64,000 nt of DNA. It comes from Takakia lepidozioides. Its lineage: Eukaryota > Plantae > Bryophyta. Location: assembly GCA_030704615.1 (NCBI GenBank), contig CM060732.1:76756001-76820000 (forward strand), given 5' to 3'. Position 1 is the first letter of the stretch, and every line of letters begins with the position of its first letter. Below, piece by piece: positions 1-13,595 of the stretch. Under the pieces are notes generated by a model. It was not told the DNA's origin, made no database searches, and saw nothing but the letters and a program-made list of their open reading frames with translations. A program made the position numbers and the translations under genes.

Positions 1-442
1 GTTCAACTAAAACATTGAGCACTTACTCTCCTGGTGGGTGTCGGAGTTGGGTACCCCCGGTGAACCTGGTGTCTACTAGATAGTACACTCACATCTTAAC
101 TTATCAATGCTGCCTCTGTGTGTGAGGCCTGCCCTGACAGGAGATATTGACAAGCTAAAGCACAGCTTCAGGGAGGGCTGCCAAATCGGCTATTCAAGAC
201 ATTGACCAAGTGGATGAACCAAGTCTCAAGTCGCAAGTGTAGGGTCATGGCGGGCTGTCACCTCACCTTAATGTGAAATTGCCATATGAATGAGCCAGAG
301 TGCTCCTGGAGAGACACAAGAACATAGATTTTCTTTGACATAAAAAGGAAGGGGACCTGAAGGTGGGATAATGCACCAAGTCCAGGTTTTGTAGATAAAA
401 AGACAATCACAATCATTGTTCTTAAGTCCAATCTGGATGTAT

Positions 443-476
<34 letters not shown>
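443..476. repeat. Compound microsatellite (AC)9(AT)8
   Basis: Read directly from the sequence. Confidence 0.95.
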
Positions 477-1084
477 GGTGAAACAAAAAGCCTCTCATTT
501 TAAGATAGCAGCGGACCGAGTCGCAGCTACCCTTGGCCTTATGGACCCCCCCCTCTGCTACACGTGGGCCTCGCCCTCGCCACAGGCACACTCGCACACA
601 TTGAAAACGTTATTACCTTTCAATGAGAAGCAAACAAAAATGTGCTCATGCAAGAAATATTGTGAAAAGTTGCACTGAGACATTAAAAATAGCCTTCAAT
701 TTTTCCTGAGAAACACAAAGATCAGGAATGAGCTCTCAGTACATAACACTGGTCTTAGGGAGGGCTGTATTGTAGGGCTACTGTGTCCTTCACCACTAAA
801 GATTCACAAATTGCAAAACCTTGTTTCGAAGTGATAAGGACACATTCCAAACATGATATCTGTTGCGCACCTCTTGCCTAAACACCCACAACAGTAAAAA
901 CAATACCTAGAGGTTGCGTCAGGAACCCACATAAGCAGGCTGCCGGTACACATTGGTCTTCCCACTTCTACTGCACTGTGCCCCACAAAAGCCAGCACTT
1001 GATTCAAGAGATTTGTCAACTGAATATCTGCCAGATCCAGAATATCCATCGGCCTGTTGAAGCCCCAAACCACCTAAAGAATAT

Positions 1085-2380
1085 TCATGTAGTGAAGGAC
1101 TCTCCACAGCCACATTGCCCTTTAGAGTTGGGATTGACGAAGACAAACTCAGATCTGCAACACCATCACACATTGACATACACCAGCACATGAATGATAA
1201 GGAGAGCCAAAGCAATGTTCATGAGACTCAGGCCCAAACCTAGTGCACACACAGAGCTGACAACCATCTGAGCAACATGATTTGCATGAGCTAATTCCAG
1301 CACTCTCTCCAGTGGGTGTTGCCCTACGGCACTTCAATGCACCACCTACGCCCGAAAGAGATCAGTCAACAGCAAAATAGACAGTTGGAGAGAAGAGAAA
1401 CTTACTTAAGGCGGTCTTCTACAAAATCCATCTTTGTACCAATCACGTGCATTAGTGCCCGCGGGTGAATCAAAACCTTGACTCCTTTCTCTTCTACTAG
1501 TTCATCAAATTTGCCCTGCGCGTCTGCGAATCCCTCCCACAAATCAGGTTGCCCAGTGTAAATACCACCTATACAGTCCCGAACTCATCTGCAGCCGCAA
1601 CACTAGCAACAGAGCAACAGAGCAAAACAGAGGGCGAATGAGTACCCATTCACCGTCCCCAGGTAACGGGTTAGCACTTCCTGCTGGGCCCTCTTCCTCC
1701 AGAAGGAGAGCTGGGCCCTGCTGGCACCCTCCCATTTCGAGTTCCTGCTTCCCTATTTTGACTTCTCTATTACCCTAAATTATTGGGACGGGGGAGGGGG
1801 GACTGGTTCATTGGGTGTTGCCTTCGAAGTACCCTTGAAGGCATAGTTCATGCTAGATGCCAATCTTCCCTGAGACGGTTGTGGGTTTCATCCACCAGCT
1901 TACATGAGATTCAGCCCCAGATTGGCATATTTTGCACTCACAGAAGGATATAATACAGTTACAGGGAATCAAGAGCTGATTTATGCACTGGCCTTGACAT
2001 CCTACTAGAAGCATCAGATGGATGCCAGCACTGCTTCTCTAGCCAACAGATGTGACACATGTAGCTCATGTTAAACTGGCAGGGGGAAGATAGGGCGTAT
2101 TTTGGGTGGCACTGCATCTTGCTATATGTTTCCCAAGAGATGTGTTAGGCAAAGATCTAGCAACTGTGTGGAAGGAGAAAATGGAACCCAGCATACCAGC
2201 ATAATTGAGTGTATAGGTGAGACCATTGCAACCACGAACTTTGACACCCAAATGCAAAAACTCTTTCTGTCTCAGTCCTAGCAGTTGCTGGATTCGGGTG
2301 GCCGCTGCATCTGTGATAGACAGGGCTTGACACCGGACTGCCACTGATTTTGCCCCAGCTTTTGTTACAGCCGCATACAT
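1085..2380 (-). CDS. ISCA1: A-type Fe-S cluster assembly protein (ISCA1-like, probably mitochondrial), 3 coding exons
   Basis: Exons 2380-2197, 1523-1406 and 1154-1085 join through GT-AG introns. They give ALSITDAAA...[79 protein letters not shown], with the IscA GC and CGCGESF motifs. A 5' exon probably lies near 3150-3300. Confidence 0.93.
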
Positions 2381-4959
2381 TGTCGCTAGAGGCCTGCAAT
2401 AACAGTAAATCCAATTTGGGTTTTGGAAACCTGGTCTTAGTATGAAGAATTCACCTCGTGAACATGGCCAGGGTCACCCAATACTTATTAATCTTCTCCT
2501 GTCTTTTTTTCTGGTTGTTTTACTTTCTCCTTCCCTTCCTCCCGACATGAAAACTGCAGATATGAAAGCTACTCCTGACAAAACTGGGAAGGTATTTCCA
2601 AACCCTAATTTAATTCTATTTGAAAGCACGTTTACACTAAACTTTTCACTCGGTAGTGATTGGGAGGGCTGAACCGAAGTATGGGCATTAGTATGCGATT
2701 GTCCACCGCCAGTGAAACACTGAATTTGCTGATTGACTGAGCAAAAATGGGTTACTATTGGACTGGAATTTAACTCCTGTCAAGGATGGCACTCAGTCAA
2801 TCAAGAGTAGGAGTTTAATAGAGAGTTCAAGGGCACCAATTCCATCACTCGCTTAGTTTTGCATTTGCCCAAGTATACAGTTAAATGGAGAGCAACCTGT
2901 AGACCCATGATGAGGCAGAGGGTTGAACTGCCACAAACTCGGAGTCCAAGTCGCCATGTAAAAGAGATAAACCTACGTTTAATCAGTCCCCTCGAAGAAG
3001 GATAGAAATTTAGAGTGTATATCCCAGCCTAACTGGAAAAGGTAAACCTTGATGGCACAGGTGCCCAATTTGGAGGGCGCCCGGCTCCTTTGCCCCAAAA
3101 GCATATATTTGCAAAGATGATTCTGCAGCGAGACCACTAGATTTACCTTAGATTACTTGACTAGTCTGTTCTCGTGGATGGCGCCGTTCGTCTTTCTTCT
3201 TCCTTGCTGCGACACCTCCTCTGCCTTCTGTCCCTCCCTTCGACCTCACAACTCATGCTCCTCCGCTCTACTGAGGCATAACAGAAGAGATAGGGAGAGA
3301 GAAAGAGAATGTCGAAATTGCCAACCCTCACTTTATATCCTGACGATCAGTTAGAGGTAAAGACAAGTACTAAAAGGTCAGATCACTCAGAGGATGTAAT
3401 ATTCCAATGGGACGTATCCAGAGGACCTCCGAAAGAACGACACTGATGAGACCGCCGAGAACAGAAATGGGAATTGGATTGATGACACCGTCGGCATTCA
3501 AGTGCCAACACTGGGACAAGACTTTGATGAAACGTAACAATATTGCAGAGGCAAGCAAAGATCCAGACGAGAATGTGCCTGGAACTATGTGCGATGCTTC
3601 CATCTCTGCTTCCATCTCTGTCATCCTTTCGTGTCAAGCATGCGCTGTCAAGCAGGGGGGCTTACAGCTTACCTACCTCTTTTTCAACACTTCACTTCTT
3701 TTGTTTTTGGGGAAAAGGGCGGAGCCTTGTATTTGAAGCTCGGGGAAGAGCTGCACGCAAGATCAACCAAGCTCCTTGTCCCCTTAGTTATTAGATGGAA
3801 GTGAATAGGTATTCAACATCACACTTGGCCACTGCTGGCTGGATTTCCCTGAAAACGCTTTCGCTCTCAGTTGGAAACACTGTGACTCAGAACAGCCACA
3901 GCGCTGTGACATGTTTTCGAGCCGCTGCAAGCGAAAGCACCGCAGCGATTGTGCACCACCTTCAGAAAGGGTTTTTTCTTAAAATCAAACGCGGAAGATT
4001 ATTGTGCAGGTCACAGATGCCAAGAGAAATGTCGATGTAATGCATCAGCATTTTGAGTGACATTGGTTCAATTATTCAATATGGTCGTCACATGGCAACT
4101 GCGGCAGGTGGCTCTACCTACTACCTACTCAGTTGCAGTCCCATGGCCTTGCAATGAGTTCCATTCAAGTTAGTAAGAATAGCGTAATAAACTTCCCCAC
4201 TAAGAACTTTATTGATCATTGTTCCCAATGATAAAAAAAAAATGTGGAAATTTTAATTGCAAGTCACTATTGTTTTTCCAAGTAACTTCAGATTTTGAAT
4301 AATTCTAGTGACCACTGAAGCTCCGAGACTAGTTAGCGTAGAGCAAGAATAGGGTGCCATAGTGGCACGTTAATATCACCACGTTTCGTAGCCACATCAT
4401 TGTAAACACGTCATCATCGTCATGCCATGTCGTCGTCTTCATTTGTTTAGGAACTTGCTCGAAATGCCCGAAGAAAAAATGGGAGAGGTGTCTTGTAGCG
4501 CGGGGAAGGGACGATGTCATGGCGTCCTTGAGCGCGGAGGGGTTTCATAGCGATCTAAGAGGGAGATCCTGCATGATGGATCCTGCACAACCTTTTTTCA
4601 TTTTCTAAATGGGGACTGGCGCAGTCTGAGGATTCCAAGCCCATTATGCTCTGCAATCCACTCCCAAAACCAAATTCGGCAAGGAGAGATCAATTCCCAG
4701 ATACCCCACTTTGAATTAATCGGATGCAACGACACCGGTGCAGCTGGCAACATTCTCGCTTACAGATGTGCAAATGAATAAGAACGCAAGAGGTTCGATT
4801 AACATTTTTAATGTCTCAGGCGTACTTCAGCTGGCAATTACATCCCAGAGAAGCATCTTCTATGGAGGGGGCATTCTCGCAAATGAGCATCGAATTGGAG
4901 GGCGTCTCTATGAGAAGGAGTACACGCTCTGTATGCTTGGCTGTACCCTGTTCCCAGCG

Positions 4960-5870
4960 AAAGAGGTCAAGAAATTGACTAAGGATTGCAACATTATGGG
5001 TGTGGTGGGGAGGCTTGCAAGATCTATGAGCGAATGAAGCGGGAAGGGGTGACACCTGAGTGACACCTAACAGGGTCACATTCACTTGCATTCTCAATGC
5101 CTGAGCCAGCCTACAAGCCCTAGAAATGGGCAAGCAGGTCCATGTTGCCATCAACAAGAGTGGAATTGCGCCAGATATCATTTTGGAGAATGCCCTCATC
5201 GATATGTGTGCTAAATGTGGGAGCATGATGGATGCACGGCAAGTGTTTGACAGGATGGCTAAACAGAATGTGGTTTCATGGAGTGCAATGATTTCAGGAT
5301 ATGCCCAGCATGGGTGTGGTAGGAAAGCTTTGAAGGTTCACGTTCATATGTGTTCTCAATGCTTGTGCCAGCCTAGGAGCCCTGGAGAAAGGCAAAGAGG
5401 TCTATGCTGACGTTATGAAAGCTGGAATTGTCCCATACATTAATTTAGAGAATGCCCCTGTATGCGAGGAGGCATGAAGGATCCTCGTCAAGTGTTCAAC
5501 AGCATGGCTAAAAGAGATTTGGTCTCATGGAGTGGGATGATAGCAGCATGTGCCCAACATGGTTGTGGTAGGGAGGGTGTGCAACTATTTGAAAGAATGC
5601 AACAGGAAGGCTGGAAGCCCAATAGTATCACGTTCATATCTCTTCTCTTTCCCATGTGGGCCTAGTGGATGAAGGATGTCACTACTTTGATTCCATGAAT
5701 CAAGGTCATGGTCTCTCTCCTACAGTTAAGCATTTTAGCTGCGTTGTGGACCTTCTTGGCCGATCAGGGCAATTGGATGAAGCAGAGGAATTGATTAACA
5801 AAATGCCAATACAACCAGATGTTGGGGTGTGGGGGGCTTTGCTTGGTGCCTGCAGAATACACGTCCATTC
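4960..5870 (+). pseudogene. PLS-class pentatricopeptide repeat (PPR) gene fragment reaching the start of the E domain
   Basis: Typical motifs (ENALIDMCAKCGSMMDARQVFDRMAKQNVVSWSAMISGYAQHG; [41 protein letters not shown]) are spread over several frames with stops and frameshifts. No DYW domain is seen. Confidence 0.88.
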
Positions 5871-6758
5871 CAGTCCATTCACAGCCCTCAGGAGTGCTGC
5901 GTGTGGTATGCTTCTGCCAGCTGAGTTTACTAAGACATTCCAGACCAACCTATTGACCCTCAAAATCGGGTCTCTGTACGCCGATAATTATTGTCATATT
6001 ATTTGTAGAGGAACCTAACCAATATTGCAGACATCTGTTTCTGTGGATGAATGCTACATGTCAGAATTTCCTTGGAAAAGTCCCTTCATTTGTAGGCTGT
6101 GCCAATCAGACGAAAAAAGAGACCGGAGGCACATAATCTAATCCAACTTGGAGCACCCACCACCCTTGGAGAAGGATGTCAGTTGTTTCAAAATTCAATA
6201 GTGGCAGTACTCGTGATAATAGCTCTCCAAATTTTTCCACAATTTGTTGAACTTGATTCAAGACTACCTACATTGTTCCATACAACTGTGTGATTCCCTT
6301 CTTTTTGATTGTTACAAGGATCTCTGTCAATGCTGCCCATCCTTTAGCGTACAGTAGGATCGTGAACATGCAGAATTTTTATAAAGACTTTGTGGGCAAC
6401 ATTTGGATGGCAGCATGAGATCAGATTGTGGCTTTCATGTCTGAACAGGTTGATGGGGTCTGTAGGCATACAATCTCAAATCAGCAGGTCTATGGCAAGA
6501 ATGGGGTATGGAAAGTATGCCAAGCCCCTCCAGCAAATAACACCGCTGCTGCAATGGCCAAAGTTTTCCTTAAAGGTCTCTCATTATAAGGTTGAGGGTC
6601 ACACACTGACAATGGTACTACAAAGAACCTACAAATGTCCTACCCATCAAATCTACAAGGAACCCTGGGGATCTGTATGCCTCCAGTACATGAGTCAAAG
6701 GATATTTCTGACAAAGCTGTTTGAATTCCTACATTGTCTGTTCTGTCTTAAGAAAGAC

Positions 6759-6976
6759 ATGATATGAAGCGTTACACCCTATGGTACCTAAACGTTGAGT
6801 AGCAATTACTAGTCAGTTTTAAGTAGTTATCTGTTACGTTGGTTGGTACACGGGTTTCAGATGTCAGTTGGCATCAAGGCAGATATTCCTGCTTGTATTG
6901 TGATCATATGTCTTAATGTTTTGCTCCATGAAAGCGTTCTATCTCTCTCCTGTTGTCATTGTCTTGTCTTGTCAAG
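6759..6976 (+). repeat. Copia 5' LTR (lacks the TGTTA start seen at the 3' LTR)
   Basis: Matches 11075-11292. Confidence 0.9.
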
Positions 6977-6997
6977 GAACTAGATCAATTCGTAAGC

Positions 6998-9900
6998 ATG
7001 GCTGGAGTAGTCAGGAACTCGGGAAAACTCCGTTTAATAGATACGTTTGACGGAGAAAATTTCCATATTTGGAAGCTGAAGATCCGAATGCTATTATTAG
7101 ATAAAGATCTTTGGTCCATAGTAGACGGGACTGAAGCGAAGCCTGCTGCTACAGATCAAAATGCTGTGAAAGAGTGGGAGAAGAGAGATGGAAAAGCACT
7201 TGCATCAATCCTATTAAACTTAAAAGACTCTCAGCTTTTGCATGTCAGTCAGGCTATAACATCTAAGGTAGCGTGGGATCATTTAGTGACAGTATTTGAA
7301 ACGAAAGATGTCACTTCTAAGCTTTATTTAAGAAGACGACTGCTCCGTTTAAAAATGTCTGAATCAGAATCTGTAGCAGAGCATGTTAGTAACTTTAGAT
7401 CATTAATCGATCAATTGGCAAGGGTAGGGTCTCATGTGTCTGCAGACGATCAGGTGGTCACCTTATTAGATAGTCTACCAGAATCTTTTGATAGCCTAGT
7501 CATTTCTCTTAGTAGTCAGCAAGCATTAACTATAGAAAGGGTAACTGGAATGCTACTACAAGAAGAGATGAGGCAAAGAGATTTCGGGGTTGGGACAACT
7601 GAGAGAGTTGCTTTATTTACTGGAAGGAAATCAGGTCTTAATAAAAAGAAATGAGCCTCAGAAGCAAATAAAAATAACAATATGAGTCTTAGTAGTACAC
7701 CAACAAAAGGGTCGTCAAATAGTTTGTCAAGTAGTTCTCTTACACCTACGAAAAAAGAATTTAAAGGTAAATGTTTTTATTGCAAGAAAGTCGGTCACAT
7801 GGCGAAGCAATGTAGGAAGAGAATGACAGATGGGCAGATAAAGAAGGGAGATGGAAAGACCCAAGCTCGCTCAGTAGAGGATGCTGATAGTATTGATTGT
7901 GAGAAACTATTTGTTACAACTCTCTCTACTTCTTTCTCAAAGGATCTTGATGACTGGTATATTGACTCGGGGGCTTCTCAACATATGACCTCTAACAAAG
8001 ATCTGTTTGTAAAGTACAAACAATGGGATCTTGTTCAGAAGGTTTACTTGGGAGACGATAATAGTCACATAATTCAGGGTCAAGGCCGGGTTTGCTTTAT
8101 GCAAGAAGGAAGAAAGAAGTATATAGATGATGTGTTATTTGTTCCAGGGTTGACCAAGAATTTACTGTCAGTGAGTAAAGTTACAGACTCTGGATTACAA
8201 CTTGAGTTTCATGCTAATTATTGTCTTTTGAAGACAACAGATGGAGATGTGGTGGCGAAGGGGGTGAGAGAAGGTAACTTATATAAGTTGTGTGTTTCTT
8301 CAGTCTTACCTCCAGATAAAGCGTCTGAAAGTGTCTTAATCGTCAAAGACAGAAGAGTTGATCTTTGGCATCGTAGGCTGGCCCATCTCAGTATTAAAAC
8401 TCTACGTCTAATGCATTCTAAGAACATGGTTCAAGATTTCAATATTGATTGTTCAGTTGGAACCTCTTTTTGTGAAGAGTGCATATTTGGCAAACAACAT
8501 AGGCATTTATTTCCTAAAGGAGGAGGAAGTCGTGCTGTGGAGTTGTTGGAGTTGGTACATTCAGACGTTTGCGGCCCCATGCAAACAATATCAATTGGAG
8601 GACCAAAATACTTTATGACATTCATAGATGATTTGTCTAGAAGAACACTGGTTTATTTTCTGAAGAATAAAAGTGAAGCTTTAGACAAGTTCAAGATCTA
8701 TGAGTCTCTGGTGGAAACACAGACAGGGAAGCGAGTCAAGAAATTGCGCTCTGACAATGGAGGGGAGTACAAGTCAAATGCTTTTGCTCAATTTTGCATG
8801 ACAGAAGGAATTGAGCGTCAATTGACTGCTCCTTACACCCCAGAGCAGAACGGGGTGGTTGAACGTAAGAACCGGTCATTGGTAGAAGCATCAAGGACAA
8901 TGTTGAAGCATAGTGGGTTAGACAACAAATGGTGGGCAGATGATGTGCAAACAGCCAACTATGTATTAAACAGGGTACCTACAAGTGCAGTGCCAGGAAA
9001 GAAACCGGAGGAAGTTTGGACTGGTCAGAAGCCCTCAGTGAAGCATTTACATGTTTTTGGTTGTGAAGCTTTTGTTCATATCCCTAAGGAGAAGTGGAAG
9101 AAGCTTGATGATAAAAGCACAAAGTGTATTTTTGTGGATTATTCGGAAGCCAGTAAATCCTATCGGTTGTTTGATCTAGCTAACAGTCTTGTTAGTTAGT
9201 CGTGATGTGGTTTTCAATGAAGCATGGAAACCAAAGACACTTCAAGGTGGTGAGCCTGAGAAGGGATCAGATGTGGATCTAGGTTTGGACATGGACGAAG
9301 ATTGTGACTCTGGCTCTGGTGAGGAAATAGAGACATCACAGCCAAGTGATATTCCAACAAATGTTCAAGTGGCTCAACCTCAACTACGAGCCCCTAGGGT
9401 TCAACTTGATATCCAAGTTCGCAGGTCCATGAGAGAGAGAAGACCCAGTCAAAGACTCATAGAAAATGAAGAGCCAGTGTCATTTAAGGAAGCTCTCAGT
9501 TTTAGAGAGTCGTCAAGATGGCAAGAGGCTATGAATGAAGAGTTTGCATCCTTACTAAAGAATGGTACTTGGAAGCTAACTAAACTTCCACAAGGGAGAA
9601 AGACTATTGGATGTAAGTGGATCTATAAACTCAAACTTAAAGCAGATGGATCAGTGGAAAGGTGTAAAGCCAGACTAGTTGCAAGAGGTTTTTCTCAGAG
9701 AGAAGGAGTGGATTATAACGAGACATTTTCACCTGTTGCAAAGATATCTTCTATCAAGACTATTTTGGCTATTGCCGCACTATTAAATCTGGAGGTCCAT
9801 CAAATGGACGTGAAAACCGCCTTCTTAAATGGAGATTTGGAGGAGGAGGTTTATATGGAGCAGCCTCAAGGGTTCATTGCTCCAGGAGAAGAAGACTTGG

Positions 9901-11030
9901 TCTGTAAGTTAATAAAAACCGTATATGGCTTGAAACAGTCACCTCGAGCCTGGTTCCAAAAGTTTAATGGTTATTTAATCTCTGAAGGTTTTGTGGCATC
10001 TCCAGCAGATAGTAATGTGTACATTAAATTCAAAGAGGACAAGTTTGTACTCATTGCACTGTATGTAGATGACTCAATTTTAGTCAGCAATGATGTGAAA
10101 GCATGAAACATGCAAAACAACGTTTATCTGCTAAATTTGATATGACGGATCTTAGAGACATCCATTATTTTCTGGGCATTCAAGTTGAACGAGACAAGGA
10201 CAAGGGTACTTTACACTTAAGTCAGAAGAAGTATATTCAAACTATTTTGAATAAGTTTGGAATGATCTTTTGCAAACCAGTGAGTATTCCACTCGAAACT
10301 GGTGTTAAGTTGAGTACAGATATGTGTCCTCAAAGTGATGAAGAGAAGCAAGCTATGAGCAGTGTTCCATATCAAAGTGCTATGGGAAGTTTGATGTACT
10401 TAATGGTATGTTCTAGACCAAACTTGGCTTTTGCTGTGGGAGTAGTGAGCCAGTTTCTGGTAAATCCTGGCATACGACATTGGAGTGTTGTAAAGCGAAT
10501 CTTCCAGTATATTAAAGGAACTGAAGATCATGGCTTATGTTTCAGTGGGAGTAGAGAGAAGGCTGCTAGTCATATTGAGTTACATGGATACTGTGATGCT
10601 GATTGGGCGAGTCATCCTGATAACCGGAAGTCAACCACAGGCTATGTTTTCTCGCTTGGTAGTTCTGCCACTGTTAGCTGGAGTAGTAAGAGGCAAGCAA
10701 TAGTTGCATTGTCATCTACCGAAGCAGACTACATTGCTGCTACACAAGGAGCCAAGGAGATTGTATGGTTGAGGAGTTTACTCAAGAGTATTGGTCATGA
10801 GCAACCTCATCCTACTAGGCTCTCTTGTGACAACCAGCGTTGTATAGCGTTGACTAAGAACCCTAAGTTTCATGCTAGAACTAAGCATATAGAAATCCAA
10901 CACCATTTTATTCGAGAGAAGTGGAGAGTAAAGAGATACTGCTAGAGTTCTGTAGCACTGAAGAGATGGTTGCAGATGTGTTCACTAAGGCTGTGCCAAG
11001 AGATAAACACATCTGGTGTCGAACATGCTA
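6998..11030 (+). pseudogene. Copia gag-pol polyprotein, disrupted
   Basis: Motifs: gag FDGENFHIW, zinc knuckle CFYCKKVGHMAKQC, protease WYIDSGAS, GAG-pre-integrase LWHRRLAH, integrase HSDVCGP/RSDNGGEY/PEQNGVVE, RT HQMDVKTAFLNG/LYVDD, RNase H YCDADWA. There is a stop at 7652 and frameshifts near 9190, 10103 and 10920. Confidence 0.93.
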
Positions 11031-11069
11031 TGTCAGTACTGAGTGTTTAGGGTGTTAGCTTAGTGGGAG

Positions 11070-11292
11070 TGTTAATGATATGAAGCGTCACACCCTATGG
11101 TACCTAAACGTTGAGTAGCAGTTACTAGTCAGTTCTAAGTAGTTATCTGTTACGTTGGTTGGTACACGGGTTTCAGATGTCAGTTGGCATCAAGGCAGAT
11201 ATTCCTGCTTGTATTGTGATCATATGTCTTAATGTTCTGCTCCGTGAAAGCGTTCTATCTCTCTCTTGTTGTCATTGTCTTGTCTTGTCAAG
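11070..11292 (+). repeat. Copia 3' LTR
   Basis: Starts TGTTA after the PPT and matches the 5' LTR. Confidence 0.9.
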
Positions 11293-13223
11293 TCTAAGGA
11301 ATTCTTTATGAATTGTGACATCGTTGCCCAGGAAACCTTCATGCCGAATGCATCTTTTTTTTCGAGATAGGTGATAAGGAATTCTGGAACACGTACAGAT
11401 ACACTGCCATCAGGAAGCAATATACCTTCTCGGATTTGGGAGAAAGTGTTGACGTTGTGATTGGATAACTTGCAAAGAGGACATGTTGAAATATTATTTC
11501 GCACTCACCGTTTCTGCAATGCAATTATCTCAGTAATAAGCAACAGCTTGTGTACTCTACAAGTCAAACTTCTGTAGAGCCATTAATGATACGATCGCTC
11601 TCGTGCATGCCACTATGAAAGATCCATCCTTCAGGTCATATAACGAAAACACAACGCTTAGCCCATCGGTAGCAAGTTCAGCCATTATTTTGATTGCGAA
11701 CAGTACATCCAACGGCCTAATGCGGCAATGGACCAAACGTCCTTGCACCAAGCAAGTTCTCCGTACTACTTAGCTGTAGCGCCTGACGCAGCCTAACATG
11801 TTCACGTAATTCCATTTGCATGTCTAGAGCCACAGACGTGGCAATTTGCCCAAGTGCTGACAATCAGCACAGCCTTCACTACGTCCGATTGTAACACCAC
11901 AACCAGATCACTGGCACTGGAAGATTGCATCTGCTGTAATCCATACGGGAACAACCCGCAACCACACATCACCCTTGCCTTTCGGCTTATACATCCCTCT
12001 TCTCTCCCTCCGTTGAAATAAGAGTAATTGTGCGGAGCTAGGACTTCATGTGACGGAGGAGTTGTTTTCCAACAAGACCGTCTTTATGTAGTTCATACTA
12101 GCTAGGCTAAAAGCAATCTCAAGATAGGCTTGCTTTTGGATCAATCTTCTCTCTCATTTTTTAAGGCTGAATTTTCCAAACTAGGCTTTCCATGACTTGT
12201 TTGCTACAATTTTGCAATCATCTTGAGGTTTGATCACCCGCATCCACAACACACGGCTTCTACAGCATTGATTTCAATCACACAATAATGTCTGTTTCAA
12301 CTTCACCTCAACTTAAGTTTTGCATTTCCAACCTGGTGACATTTCAACGACCCACGGTTGAAAGGCAGGTGCAATACGGAGCCACAACCGCCCTTCACTC
12401 TCTCGACTCCTTATTAACATGTTCATTGCACTTCATGCATGCTATCGGTATGGTATGATGAGGATTGGAAGCGTACCAAGTATCTGCACGCAGGTTCCAC
12501 AACGGCTAAGGCAATAATCAGCTGTTTGTCATTGACATAGGTAAACAGCAGATCATAGGAACAAAAATGAAGAGCATGAGAAAGCCCTCTGGAATGGGCC
12601 CGTAAGGCTGGCACTTTGTTCCCGCGTTTCACGACTCGTTCACGACCGCCTCGCCATGCATTTTCGTTCACTGGCGCGGCCATGCACTTGGAGTTGGAGC
12701 GCTTGGAATTCAAGTTGGAGTGGGGAGCATGTGAAGTTAGGAATGTTGCAGCTCTCTCCATCCTTAGCAGTGTGAGGGTACCTGTCCCTCTCTCCTCTCT
12801 CCCCTAGTACTTTGGGTGCATGTTGGAGGAATTGTATCTCGGGAGTGAGTTGGCCTTCAGGCGTGTTGCATGTGAGATAAATATCCACCATCGTGCTATA
12901 CTTCATCATGCTTTCATGGTAGTACGTTCTTCTTACTTCCATTTTTGTTTTAGTGGATTTACATGTGATCTCCCCTAGTATCTTAGTCTTCGTCTTTATC
13001 TCTTCTTCCTAGCTTCTTCTTCCTAGCGACTTCCTAGCGAGAGAAGTCAAGCACTTAACTCAATCCAACGTGATGCTTCTTTATCGGGCTTTACCGGATC
13101 CAAGATGCCCCGCGGTAAAGGAAGATTGCGATTCTCGGAGGCCTTGATTGACATGCTAAGAAATGTGTTGTGGAGGAAGGCTCAAATCGAGGATGCAGAC
13201 GAAGATGAAGATAGAAATGACTG

Positions 13224-13595
13224 GTGTTGGCTACAGAGGTTAACTTAACCCATTTTCTTCGGTGGTTGGAGAACAAGAACGTTGGAATGCAATGCCATTG
13301 GGACAACGGCAAGATCATAGCTGATGAACTCACGAGTCCCCAACACGATGCCCCAGTGTCTGAGATAGTGATTCAATTCTCAAGTCAAGATTCCAATCAT
13401 TCAATCTACTCGGTGCCAAATTGTGATGTTGAATGTAGGGTTGTGGGCAAGGTTTACGAGGTGGATGTTGCCGTTTTCATTCGTCATTATGTGCCGCCTC
13501 TAGGCATTCCCTTGAACATCCGAGATTCGCCATTCCCGACTATTATCTTGGAAGTCGGAGTTTCACAGTCGATTAAGAGCCTGGTTGATAGGGCG
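13224..13595 (+). CDS. Putative PD-(D/E)XK nuclease-fold exon (Uma2/Crinkler-REase-like)
   Basis: GKIIADELTSPQHD...YEVDVAVF...PFPTIILEVGVSQSIKSLVDRA resembles Uma2/CR-REase motifs. It ends at a GT donor (GCGG|GTGAGA) ~170 bp before the LINE. Confidence 0.45.

Larger units (their letters stand above)
6759..11292 (+). mobile_element. Ty1/copia LTR retrotransposon, degenerate
   Basis: Direct repeats at 6759-6976 and 11075-11292 (~218 bp, 6 transition mismatches). Internal order is gag-PR-INT-RT-RH. A PPT-like AGTGGGAG precedes the 3' LTR. No clear TSD or PBS. Confidence 0.95.

Noticed and set aside
11300-13100. Short ORFs between the copia element and the LINE
   Set aside because: No identifiable domains or coherent exon chain.
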